Part shown: positions 1 through 10,714 of the stretch, one piece after another | Position numbering within the stretch: the stretch's first letter is position 1 | Layout: each line of letters starts with the position of its first letter | Assembly (NCBI GenBank): GCA_031409655.1 | Contig: JANNXQ010000266.1 | Location: forward strand, 1 to 31,783 | Length of the DNA: 31,783 nt | Origin: Chthoniobacteraceae bacterium | GTDB lineage: Bacteria > Verrucomicrobiota > Verrucomicrobiia > Chthoniobacterales > Chthoniobacteraceae | Direction of reading: 5' to 3' | Translations under genes and position numbers: made by a program | The notes under the pieces: model-generated | Seen by the model: only the letters and a program-made list of their open reading frames with translations | What the model was told of the DNA's origin: nothing | The model's database searches: none

Positions 1-548
1 ACCGAGGCCATCGGCACCGCACCGCCGCCAATGCCGCCGCCGAGGATGGGGAAGCCAATGTTCAACACCAGATCCGCCCAGCCGCGGCCTGTGAACAGAC
101 CCACCAGCGCCAGGAGCGCGCAACTGGCGATGACACCACCTGCCACCGGTGCTGCGTAACGCAGGCCGGCTTTGAGCAGCATCTTGGAGTGAATACCGAA
201 GATCGCTCCGGTGATCAGACTGCAGATGAAGAAGTCGAGGAAGTTGCTGCCCGACTCCTTCATGAAACCGCCGAAGGACTCCACCACCTGCGGCGACAGA
301 ATTTTGAAGTGCACCAGCGCCGCCCCGAGGAAGATGAGCAACAAGGGCGAGCCGCCGAGGTAGTCTTTGAGAATGGGAATGCGCTCCCCGAGCGGTTCGA
401 GGATGAGCGCCAGCGGTAAGAGCAAACAGGCCGCACCAATGATCCCGGCGGGCATCGCGCCCAGATACATGGCCAGGAGGCCCAGGCCGAGGAGCAGATA
501 AACAGGGCCGCGCAGGAAGCGCTTTTCTGGAGGGAGGTCGGCGGTCAT
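1..548 (-). CDS. 2-hydroxycarboxylate transporter family protein (CitS/MaeN/CimH-like), N-terminal part; runs off window start
   Basis: Not in the ORF track; translated by hand from ATG at 548: MTADLPPEKRFLRGPVYLLLG...LGERIPILKDYLGGSPLLLIFLGAALV...SNFLDFFICSLITGAIFGIHSKMLLKAGLRY...FPILGGGIGGGAVPMAS. The GxRIP..K.Y.GG, NFLxxFIxxLITG and PIxGGGxGxGAVP motifs match the 2HCT family, and the protein is highly hydrophobic. Confidence 0.85.
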   Translation of the reverse strand, partial: MTADLPPEKRFLRGPVYLLLGLGLLAMYLGAMPAGIIGAACLLLPLALILEPLGERIPILKDYLGGSPLLLIFLGAALVHFKILSPQVVESFGGFMKESGSNFLDFFICSLITGAIFGIHSKMLLKAGLRYAAPVAGGVIASCALLALVGLFTGRGWADLVLNIGFPILGGGIGGGAVPMAS

Positions 549-583
549 GGAGGTATGGGATGAAGAATCGGAGATGACCGGTG

Positions 584-1648
584 CTAGACTTCAAGATTCC
601 CAATGATGCGGTCCGTGATGCCGGAAGTCGTGAGTTTCCCACCCATGTCCGGTGTGCGGTTCGCGGGATCGTCAAAGACGCGCTGCACCGCATTTTCGAT
701 CCGCCGCGCAGCGAACACCGTCTGCTCGTGCCCCAGCCACTCCAGCATCATCGCGGCGGAGAGGATGGTGGCGACGGGATTGGCGATGCCCTTGCCCGCG
801 ATGTCCGGGGCGGTGCCGTGCGAGGGCTGGAACACCGCGCAGTCATCGCCGATGTCACCGCTCGGTGCCATGCCCATCCCGCCGACGAGTCCGCCCGCGA
901 GATCACTCAGGATGTCGCCGAACATGTTCTCCGTGACGATCACATCGAACGCCTGCGGCTTGCGCACCATGAACAGCGCCATCGCATCCACATACACACG
1001 CTCGGTCGCCACGTCGGGATACTGTGCGGCGATCTCATCGAAGATGCGGCGGAAAAATACCATCGAAGGCAGCACGTTCGCCTTGTCCACCAGCGTGCAA
1101 TGGCGGCGGCGTTTGCGCGCCAGCTCAAACGCGAAACGAATCACACGCTCGCAGCCCTTCCGTGTGAGCCGCAGCACATCGCGCGCTTCGTCGCTCGAAG
1201 GCTGGGTGCTGAGCCGGGCCGAAAAAAGTCCCTCGGTGTTTTCACGCACGATCACGAAATCAATCTCACCAGCCTTGTAGCCCTTGAGCGGCGTGTCGTT
1301 GCCATGGAAGAGTTTGATCGGACGCGGCCCCGCGTAGAGGTCGAGCTTCTCGCGCAGATCAATCTGCGGCGTCATCTCCCGCCCATCCGGCCAGCGCACG
1401 CTCGGCAGCCCCATCGCACCCAGCAGCACCGCATCGGCCTCCGCGCACGCATCCAGCGCGGCCGCCGGAAGGGGATCGCCACCGCGCAGATACTCAGCGG
1501 CACCGACGGCGTATTCGCGAAAGCCGAAGGTCACTCCCGCCAGTTGCGGTTCGACGGCCTCGATCACGCGCACCGCCTCGCGCGTCACGTCCACCCCGAT
1601 ACCGTCACCGGGAAGAACTGCGATATTCAAATGGGACTGGGTCATCAT
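584..1648 (-). CDS. Isocitrate/isopropylmalate (beta-decarboxylating) dehydrogenase family protein, LeuB/tartrate dehydrogenase-like
   Basis: Motifs IAVLPGDGIG, IVRENTEG, VDKANV, FDVIVTENMFGDILSDL and HGTAPDIAGKGIANP. Start placed at MMTQSH (ATG 1648, alternative 1645); the upstream part of ORF 584..2602 is antisense to the regulator. Confidence 0.92.
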   Translation of the reverse strand: MMTQSHLNIAVLPGDGIGVDVTREAVRVIEAVEPQLAGVTFGFREYAVGAAEYLRGGDPLPAAALDACAEADAVLLGAMGLPSVRWPDGREMTPQIDLREKLDLYAGPRPIKLFHGNDTPLKGYKAGEIDFVIVRENTEGLFSARLSTQPSSDEARDVLRLTRKGCERVIRFAFELARKRRRHCTLVDKANVLPSMVFFRRIFDEIAAQYPDVATERVYVDAMALFMVRKPQAFDVIVTENMFGDILSDLAGGLVGGMGMAPSGDIGDDCAVFQPSHGTAPDIAGKGIANPVATILSAAMMLEWLGHEQTVFAARRIENAVQRVFDDPANRTPDMGGKLTTSGITDRIIGNLEV

Positions 1649-1723
1649 GGCATCGGCTAAAAGAGGCGCGCGGGCGGCTGGTTTCGACCCTTCAGCATTA
1701 ACGAAGGTTCTCTCCCGAGGCCA

Positions 1724-1753
1724 TGTGGGTTTCCATATATTTTCTGTGGTTTT
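1724..1753. promoter_or_regulatory. Candidate AraC/XylR-type operator (direct repeat, 21-bp period)
   Basis: TGTGGGTTT (1724-1732) and TGTGGTTTT (1745-1753) start exactly 21 bp apart in the AT-rich divergent intergenic region between the dehydrogenase and the XylR-type regulator. Confidence 0.5.
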
Positions 1754-1780
1754 GCGGAGAGGTGCGATTAGGCTCGCGAG

Positions 1781-2944
1781 ATGCCTGCTCGTCGCAAACC
1801 CGAGGCCCGGCCCGTCATCGCCCTGCTGGTCGAAACCTCCAACGCCTTCAGTCGCGAACTGCTCCACGGCGTGCGCGACTGGATGCGCGCGCACGGCTCC
1901 TGGGCCATTCACCTCTCCGAGCAAGGGCGCGGCAACCAGCCTCCCCCCTGGCTGAAACGCTGGAGCGGCGACGGCATCATCGCCCGCATCGAAAATGAAA
2001 CCATCGCCTCCGCCGTCCGTGCCTGCGGCGTGCCCACGGTGAACGTGAGCGCCTCCGGCCTGGCCCCGGAGTATCCTGCCGTGATCAGCGACAGCGCCGC
2101 CATCGCGGAGCAAGCCGCCACGCACCTGCTCGAGCGCGGACTGCGCCATTTCGGTTATTGCGGCGATGCACGGTTCAGCTGGTCGCAACGTCATGGCGAA
2201 AATCTCGTCACCGCGCTCCGGGAGCGAGGCCACACCTGCGAGGTATTTCCGTGCGCGACCGGCGACAGTGCCGACTGGCGACGCGAGCAGTCTAAGCTCG
2301 CCCGCTGGCTCAAGTCCCTGCCGAAGCCGGTCGGCGTGATGACTTGCTACGACATTCGCGGACAACAGGTGCTCGACGTCTGCCGCGCCATGGGCCTGCG
2401 CGTTCCCGAAGACGTGGCCGTGATCGGACAACACAACGACGAACTGCTCTGCGAACTCTGCGATCCTCCATTGAGCAGCGTGATCCCCAACGCCCGCCGC
2501 GCCGGATTCGAGGCAGCAGCCCTGCTGGACCGGCTCATGCGCCGACGGGCCGTCGCCCGCAAACGGATCGAAATCCCGCCCATCGGAATCGCCACCCGCC
2601 AATCAACCGATCTCGTCGCCGTCGAGGACGAACGTCTGGCCCGCGCCATGCGGTTCGTCCGCGAGCACGCGCATGAAATGATCAGCGTGGAGGACATCGC
2701 CCGTGCCGCCGGAATCTCGCGCTCGTTGCTTGAAAGAAAATTCCGCGAAGCCTTCGGGCGTTCCCCGTGGGATCAAGTGTTGCAACTGCGGCTGCGCCAG
2801 GCCGAACAACTCCTCTCCCAAAGCCGCCTGAACATCGCCGAGATCGCCGAACGCACCGGCTTCGGAGCCCCCGAATACTTCAGCGCGGTCTTTCGCAAAC
2901 TCACCGGAACCTCGCCCAGAGCGGCACGCAACCTACGAAGGTGA
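1781..2944 (+). CDS. XylR-type transcriptional regulator (periplasmic-binding-protein-like sensor domain + C-terminal AraC HTH)
   Basis: IALLVETSNAFSRELLHGV, DGIIARIE, HLLERGLRHFGYCG, VPEDVAVIG and PPLSSV, with a C-terminal AraC domain (SRSLLERKFREAFGRSP...IAEIAERTGF...YFSAVFRKLTGTSP). Confidence 0.93.
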   Translation: MPARRKPEARPVIALLVETSNAFSRELLHGVRDWMRAHGSWAIHLSEQGRGNQPPPWLKRWSGDGIIARIENETIASAVRACGVPTVNVSASGLAPEYPAVISDSAAIAEQAATHLLERGLRHFGYCGDARFSWSQRHGENLVTALRERGHTCEVFPCATGDSADWRREQSKLARWLKSLPKPVGVMTCYDIRGQQVLDVCRAMGLRVPEDVAVIGQHNDELLCELCDPPLSSVIPNARRAGFEAAALLDRLMRRRAVARKRIEIPPIGIATRQSTDLVAVEDERLARAMRFVREHAHEMISVEDIARAAGISRSLLERKFREAFGRSPWDQVLQLRLRQAEQLLSQSRLNIAEIAERTGFGAPEYFSAVFRKLTGTSPRAARNLRR

Positions 2945-2970
2945 TGGGCGCTCACCAGAAATCTGGCGCG

Positions 2971-4242
2971 CTATTGCCGGAAGCCCTTCTCCGTGCCGCC
3001 CCGTTTGCCATCGTCCTTGAGGGTGCCGGGTTTCCAGTCTCGGGCGATGTCGAGATCTGCGGCGACCTTGTCCGTCAACGCAGTCACGTCCACGTAACCG
3101 ACGCGGTTGTAGAGGGCGGGGACATAATGGGCGTCGCGCATCGCGGCGTATCGCTTCCAGTGGGCCAGCGCATCGCCGAGGTGACGCAGCGCGGCGGCGT
3201 GCTCGAACCTGTCGCCATTCGCATCAAACAAAGCCAGCGCGCAGGCTCCGCGAATCTTTGCGGCGTAGTAGCGGCCCAGCCACGCCAGCGACTCGCAGTC
3301 GTTCACGGTTTTCTGGAGTTCGGCGTCGGCTTTCGCTGCTGCGCGGAGCGTGTCGAGTGCGGTGAAAGTTTCCAATGCTGAGCCGTCGAGAGCGGCGGCG
3401 ATTTCGAGCGGCGTGGTTTCCGTCATCGGCTGGCGCTTGGTGAGGCGCGTGCGCCAGTCGCGGATGGTCAGCACGTTCGCGCCGGGCATGGAGCTTCCCT
3501 CCATGAAATGCTGCACGGTGTAGAAGCCCTTGCCTTTGCTCCGGCGATGGCTCCAGCACGCTTCGGGATACCACTTCAAATCAATGTCCCCCCAAAAGAA
3601 GCGCGTGGTCAGCGGCATGACTTGAGAGGCACCTTGCAGGGCGCGGAAGAGATGGGGTGACGAAGCCGTCGGATGCCGCGCGGCCAGCAATCGCTCGAAG
3701 TGGGAGTCCGGCAGCGAGGGATCGTAAGCCAGCCGCCCCCAGAGCATGAACGAATACCACTGCTTCTCCATCACCAGCGGGCGCGGGCCGGGGCTGGGAT
3801 TGCGCTCCAGAAAGTCGCGTCCCCACACGTAGCCGTCCGGCCCCATGTAAAAACCCGCGATCTTGTCCGCCGGGGGAACGTTCAGAATGTATTCACGGGC
3901 GTAGGCGGGATCGCCAAAGCGGAAGGTGTAAATGTCGTCGTTTCGCACCGTGAGCCACGTCTTCCGACCCGGCGCGAGATTCTCCAGCAGCGGCTCGATG
4001 AAGGTCGGCTTCGCGATCGAATACATGTGCGCCACCGAGTATTTGAAACTGAACTCAAACGGCCCCGGATAGTCTTTGAAAGCGTCGAGGATGTCGCTCT
4101 GCGCGGTCCAGTGAAAGCGATGGATCATGCCGAACTCGCGCTTCGGCTCGTCCTTCAACGCATCGCGCACACCTTCGCCGTAGGTGTCCAACAGCGAGCC
4201 GATGGCACCGGCGAGCAGCGTGAGGAGGAGGAGGCGTTTCAT
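2971..4242 (-). CDS. Hypothetical exported protein, probably glycoside-hydrolase-like; possibly internally deleted
   Basis: Long ORF with GC-biased codons. Signal-like MKRLLLLTLLAGAIGS at ATG 4242; aromatic-rich motifs SFKYSVAHMYS, GFYMGPDGYVWGR and WYSFMLWGRLAYDP. Last gene of the minus-strand operon. Confidence 0.7.
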   Translation of the reverse strand: MKRLLLLTLLAGAIGSLLDTYGEGVRDALKDEPKREFGMIHRFHWTAQSDILDAFKDYPGPFEFSFKYSVAHMYSIAKPTFIEPLLENLAPGRKTWLTVRNDDIYTFRFGDPAYAREYILNVPPADKIAGFYMGPDGYVWGRDFLERNPSPGPRPLVMEKQWYSFMLWGRLAYDPSLPDSHFERLLAARHPTASSPHLFRALQGASQVMPLTTRFFWGDIDLKWYPEACWSHRRSKGKGFYTVQHFMEGSSMPGANVLTIRDWRTRLTKRQPMTETTPLEIAAALDGSALETFTALDTLRAAAKADAELQKTVNDCESLAWLGRYYAAKIRGACALALFDANGDRFEHAAALRHLGDALAHWKRYAAMRDAHYVPALYNRVGYVDVTALTDKVAADLDIARDWKPGTLKDDGKRGGTEKGFRQ

Positions 4243-4312
4243 GGGGTTCGAGGGGATGCGGCGAGATCGCGCCCTTCTCGAACCACCGCGGCGCACTTCA
4301 GTTGCGCGGCAC

Positions 4313-5732
<1,420 letters not shown>

Positions 5733-5743
<11 letters not shown>

Positions 5744-8573
5744 AAGCGAACTCGTTGGCATTCAGCAGCGCTAGGCAGACATCGGCGAGGGCGCGCGTGC
5801 GGGCGGGGACGTCGGATGGCTGCAGGTCGGGCACGAAGTCGGCGTAGGCGTGCAGCTTTTCCTGGAAGGCGAATTTCTCACCGGTGTTTTCCTCGACGGC
5901 TTCGCGGCGGACTTCGAGCGGCGGCTTCGGAGATGCGGGCGCGGTGTCGCCGATCAGCGCGGTGATCTCGCGCCAGTGGGTGAGGCTGCTTTGCAGTTCC
6001 TCGGCGCGCGGCGCGCGGGAGAAGGTGAGCTGGAAGCAGCGCGTGATCGCTTCCTCGTCGGTCTTCGTTTCCTTCACGGCGCGATTCGCGAGCGCCAGGG
6101 CGCGGGCGTGGCTGCTCAATCCATTGAACAGGCTGAAGACCTGTGGCGTCACCGTGCTGGCTTCGCGGCGCTCGCAGGAGAAATCCGGCGCGGGCGCGTT
6201 GAAGACTTCCTGCATCGGGTCGGTGAGACCGCGCAGCTTCAGCGCGTAGAGCGAGCGGCGATGGCGCTCTGCGGGCAGGGGATTCGGCACCCATGCGGAG
6301 GCAAAGGTGCCCATGACCTGGCGCGGCTGGAGCGCGGCTTCGAGATTGATCTCGGGGCGATTAGGGATGCCGCCGAGCGTGGGGTTGAGTTCGCCGGTTG
6401 CGGCGAGCATGGCGTCGCGGAGCTCTTCGGCGGTGAGGCGGCGCGGGTGGAAGACGGCGTAGCTGGTGCCGGTCGGATCCTTTTCCGCGAGCAGCTTGCG
6501 ATCGGGATGAATGCTGCCGCGCCGATAGACCTCGGAATTCATGATAACCCGGTGCATCGCTTTGAAGGACCAGCCTTGCTCGACAAAGGTCGCCGCCAGC
6601 CAGTCGAGCAACTCGGGATGCGTGGGTTTCTTGCCGGTGCTGCCGAAGTTGTTCGGATTCCCCGCGATCGGCTGGTCGAAGTGCCAGAGCCAGATGCGGT
6701 TCACGATCGCGCGCGTGGTCAGCGGATTCTCCGGGCTCGCCACCCACCCGGCGAAGGCCTTGCGTCGGCCTTCGATCGCCTCGGGAATCATCGGCGGTTG
6801 CTGCCCGGCAACCACACTCAGCACGCCGGGCTTCACCTTCGCGCCCGAGCCAAAGGGATCGCCGCCAGTGAGGATGCACGTCTCTTCGAGTTCGCCATCG
6901 GTCATGCGATCCTGCGGCATGCGGATTGGTTGATAGACCGAGCTGACCTGCGGCGTCCGTCCGTTATAGACCGAAAAAGCAAACGGCTCGTAGCGCTCCA
7001 GTTCCCACTTCAGCCGCTCCAGGCCTTTCCGCGCGACCCGTTCATTGCCGTAGTCCTCCGGCGCGAAGCCGACGAGCTTCGGCGGATACTGTTCTTCCGG
7101 AAGGCCCCGCTTTTGCAGAGCCGCGCGCGCGGTTTCAAAGACGCCGGTGAAGGTGCGCCCCTTCTTCATCTTGCCGCCGCCGCTCACAAACGTGCGTGCC
7201 GATTTCACCGCTGCATCCCAAGCCGTGCGGTCGAGCTTCTTGTCCGCAAACCATTGCTCCGCATTCGCGAGCAGCTTCTCGTTGAGCACGGCCAGCGTCG
7301 CCATGTGCTCGGCGAAGCGCGCTTCGAGATACTTCTTCTCGGCAAACCCCGCGGCATTTTCCACCGGCAGGAATGGCGCGGCGCGCTCGGAAAGCTGCGT
7401 GGTCGCGAAGACGGCCTGGATGGAATAGAAGTCGCGCGTCGGCACCGGATCGAACTTGTGATCGTGGCAGCGCGCGCATTGCAGCGAGTGCGCCATAAAC
7501 GTCTCGCCGACGCTGTTGGTCACGTCGTCGAGGAAACGCTGGCGCGCGACCTTCGCCACTTCCATCCCGGTCAACTCCCACGGCCCCATGCGCAGAAAGC
7601 CGGTGGCCACGAGCTTTTCGGGATCGTTTGGCGCGATCTCGTCGCCGGCGATCTGCTCGCGGATGAACTGGTCGTAAGGCTTGTCGCTGTTGAACGCCCG
7701 CACCACGTAATCGCGATAGCGCCACGCATTACCGCGCTCGTAGTCATTGGCGAAGCCGCTGCTGTCCGCGTAACGCGTGACGTCGAGCCAGTGCTGGGCC
7801 ATGCGCTCGCCGTAGTGCGGCGACGCGAGCAGACGCTCGACGACCGCGGCAAACGCCTCGGTGTCCGTCCGCGGGTCTTTCAGGAACGCCTCCACTTCCT
7901 CCGGCTTCGGCGGCAGGCCGATGAGATCAAACGTCGCGCGGCGAATGAGCGTCGCGCGATCCGCCGCCGGCGCAGGCGGAAGCCCGGCCGGCATCTTCGC
8001 AGCGATGAGGGCGTCGATGGGATTGCCGCTCGCCACATGTGGCCTGGGCTTCTTCACGGGCTGATACGCCCACAGGCCCTCGGGTTTGTATTTCCGATTC
8101 GTCCACTCCGCCGCGAGTCCGCCGCTGGTCTTCATCGGCCGACCATCTTCCGCCGCCCACTTCTCCGCATTCGCCTTCGCGATGGCTTTCCCTCGCGCCT
8201 CATCCGGCCACGGCGCGCCGCCCGCGATCCATTCTTTGATCCAGGTGATCTGCTCCGCGGAGAGCTTGTCCGCCTCCTTCGGTGGCATCGGCTCCCACTC
8301 ATCTTCATGCGCCCGCGTGACGGCGAGATAGAGCGGGCTCTTCTCCGGCTGCCCCGCGACGAAGCCCGGCTCCTCACTCTCTCCGCCTTTCAACGTGGCC
8401 GCGCGGGTGCGCATATCCAGCCCGCCCTTGATCTTCTTCTCATCGTCGCCATGACACGCGAGACACTTCTCATGAAACAACGGCGCGATGCGGCGCACAA
8501 ACAACGCCTCCGAATCCTCAGCATGGAGATGGGGGACCGCCAGCAGAGCAAGCAGGGCGACTCTGCCAGTCAT
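5733..8573 (-). CDS. PSD1 and planctomycete cytochrome c domain-containing protein (PSCyt1 + DUF1549 + DUF1553)
   Basis: CLACH and CARCHDHKFDP heme-binding motifs, NPID, LIRRATFDLIGLPP, YGERMAQHWLDVTRYADS, WRYRDYVV, PTHPELLDWLA, RRLTAEELRD and C-terminal LLNANEFAYVY. Alternative start at 8603. Confidence 0.92.
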
Positions 8574-8620
8574 GAAACGAGAGAGATCACGGTGATGTTG
8601 CATCGGATTGATGGGTCGGC

Positions 8621-9547
8621 TCAGCGGTTCTTGAGGTGCTGCGCAAAGAACAAATCGCAGGCGGCCACGCAGGTGTCGAATGATGTCTGCTGGGCGAGGA
8701 AGGCGTGCGGAGCCTGCGAGATGCTCGTGAAGCCGGTGGGGATGCCGAGCTTTGCCAAATCGGCGCGAATGTCATCGGCGTGCGTGCTGGGGTCGTCGAG
8801 TTCGCCGGCCATGAAGGCGAGCGGCGGATCGGCTTTGTCGAGATGATGCCGCGGCGAGGCGAGCGCGTAGGTTTGCGGGATCTCGTCGAGCGTGCCGCCG
8901 AGGAATGGGCGGTAGTGCGGATTGCCGGGTGCGGCGGAGAGCGCGCGAATGCGGTCGGTCTCCAGGTCGCTCTGCGCGCCCATTGCCACGCACGCCTGCA
9001 CGGTGCTCGATTGATCCGCGTTGCCGCCGTCCCCTTCGAGTTCCTTCACGCCACCGCTCGTCGCGAGCAGCGCGGCGAGATGTCCGCCAGCGGAGAGGCC
9101 GGTCACGCCGATGGCTTTCGGGTTCACGCCATACTTCGCCGCATTTGCGCGCAGCCAGCGCACGGCGGCTTTGCAATCCTCGATCTGGGCCGGAAACTTT
9201 TTCTCGCCGGACAAACGATAGCTTATCGTGACGGTCACATAGCCGCGGGCCGCCAGCGCTTGCGCGAGGGGTGCGATGTTGGCGCGCGTGCCTTGAAACC
9301 AGCCGCCGCCGTGGATGCATACAATCGCCGGCAATGCCGCTCCGCGTTCCTTCGGCCGGTAAAGATCCAACTGCAACTCGCGTTCACCGTAACGCGCGTA
9401 GGTGATGTTGGGATTCGCTTCGAGTTGCTCGATCGTCTCAGCGGGAATCACGGTGCGCTGAGCGGCCGGTTTCGCCTTCGCTTCCGCGGCGTTCAACCGG
9501 GAGAGAACCAGGGCACTGAGGAGGAGCAGGTAGAGTGGGAGTTTCAT
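8621..9547 (-). CDS. Exported alpha/beta hydrolase (acetyl/carboxyl-esterase, HSL-like)
   Basis: Signal peptide; LDLYRP, IHGGGW oxyanion motif, FPAQIEDCKAAVRWLR, GLSAGGHL nucleophile elbow and C-terminal APHAF. Confidence 0.9.
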   Translation of the reverse strand: MKLPLYLLLLSALVLSRLNAAEAKAKPAAQRTVIPAETIEQLEANPNITYARYGERELQLDLYRPKERGAALPAIVCIHGGGWFQGTRANIAPLAQALAARGYVTVTISYRLSGEKKFPAQIEDCKAAVRWLRANAAKYGVNPKAIGVTGLSAGGHLAALLATSGGVKELEGDGGNADQSSTVQACVAMGAQSDLETDRIRALSAAPGNPHYRPFLGGTLDEIPQTYALASPRHHLDKADPPLAFMAGELDDPSTHADDIRADLAKLGIPTGFTSISQAPHAFLAQQTSFDTCVAACDLFFAQHLKNR

Positions 9548-9558
9548 AAAGGCAGTCG

Positions 9559-10713
9559 TTATTTCTGGGGTGTGCAGTTCAAATCGCCTACCGACACGGT
9601 GACGCCGTTACCGAAGTTTCCCCAGCCATTCAGTTGCACGTAGAGCTTCCACTTTCCGGGAAATGGCGGGACGTGCGTGAAACGATAGGTCCGCCAGTCG
9701 CCGGTCTTCTCCAGCACCTGATCCACCGGGCCATACCAGGTGCGCGACGCTTCGTGGTAGATACCGTAGTTGACGATGGGCGCGGGCGAGTCGGGCGCGA
9801 AATTGTCCCAGCGCATCCGGCAGCGCACCTCGTAGCGCGCGCCTTCGCGCAACTCGACGTGCTGCCACATCTGGGCCGACTCGAAGTTCGACGTGGCCTT
9901 GCCCATCGCCATCGTGACAAAGCGCTGCTCGCCGGACGTGACCACCTGACCGGAGATACCGTTGCCGCCCATGTTCGCGAAGAACCACGGCGGGGAAATC
10001 GCGCCGGGCTGCTGGCGTGAAAAGTCACCGTCGCTCACCCGCTCGCCGCGCGCATCCGTCTCCAGCTTCGCCGGTGTTTCGTTCAGTTCAAAATCATCCA
10101 GAAGCACCGTCGTCTCCGCCGGTTTCTGATTCGGCAGCAGCGAGACGTAAACCAGCGTGCGCTGCGCAGGGTCGGTGGCAAGGAAACGGAAGGAGAGTCT
10201 GCGCCATTGGTTGTCAAAAAGCCATTGATCGCGCCCGGCGAAGTCACCGGTGCCCTCGCGATGCCGCGCCCAGAAAGAGACGATCGCCGAGCGATGCCCG
10301 CTCGTCGCGCTGGCTTCCGGCGGCGCGGTGCCCGGTCCATCCGGCCAGCGGACCCAGACGCTCGCCTCGTATTCATTCTCCGCGCTCAATTTCAGCCGCT
10401 GCCCCACGGTGACAAATTCGAAGCCGACCGTGTCTGATGGGATGGAGAGCGCGAGGCACTTTTTCCCCGACTTCGCCTTGGCCATATCTTCGACACAAGA
10501 CACCGCGAGCCGCGGCCTGATGGTCTCGCGCCCCGTCTGCTGGACCTCCCATCCACCCCGAACGCCCGTCGCGGCCATCGCGCCCGCAGGCGTGGACTCA
10601 AAACCGGAGTCTCCCAGCAGTTGAGATTCTCCTGCCCCGGCGCGGCTTGAGAATCCAGCCGTCAACGCGCAGAGCAGGCTCGCGAACCGAACGAGTTTTC
10701 GGAACAGGTTCAT
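9559..10713 (-). CDS. Exported hypothetical protein with two carbohydrate-binding (CBM4/9-like) beta-sandwich domains
   Basis: Signal peptide followed by two internally similar modules (LLGDSGFE...W...Q.LKL...YEASVWVRW...W..LSFRF...LDDFEL and VSDGDFS...W...Q.VEL...YEVRCRMRW...W.TYRFT...VGDLNC). Confidence 0.65.
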   Translation of the reverse strand: MNLFRKLVRFASLLCALTAGFSSRAGAGESQLLGDSGFESTPAGAMAATGVRGGWEVQQTGRETIRPRLAVSCVEDMAKAKSGKKCLALSIPSDTVGFEFVTVGQRLKLSAENEYEASVWVRWPDGPGTAPPEASATSGHRSAIVSFWARHREGTGDFAGRDQWLFDNQWRRLSFRFLATDPAQRTLVYVSLLPNQKPAETTVLLDDFELNETPAKLETDARGERVSDGDFSRQQPGAISPPWFFANMGGNGISGQVVTSGEQRFVTMAMGKATSNFESAQMWQHVELREGARYEVRCRMRWDNFAPDSPAPIVNYGIYHEASRTWYGPVDQVLEKTGDWRTYRFTHVPPFPGKWKLYVQLNGWGNFGNGVTVSVGDLNCTPQK

Positions 10714-10714
10714 T

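Noticed and set aside
1649..2602. Apparent 318-aa N-terminal extension of the dehydrogenase
   Set aside because: It overlaps the XylR-type gene on the opposite strand; family similarity starts at MMTQSH.
5850..8846. 998-aa plus-strand ORF (also 581..1660, 12322..13830, 19622..22504, 23408..25420, 27060..28787, 29362..30405)
   Set aside because: These are antisense shadows of well-supported genes, expected in high-GC DNA, and show no recognisable motifs.
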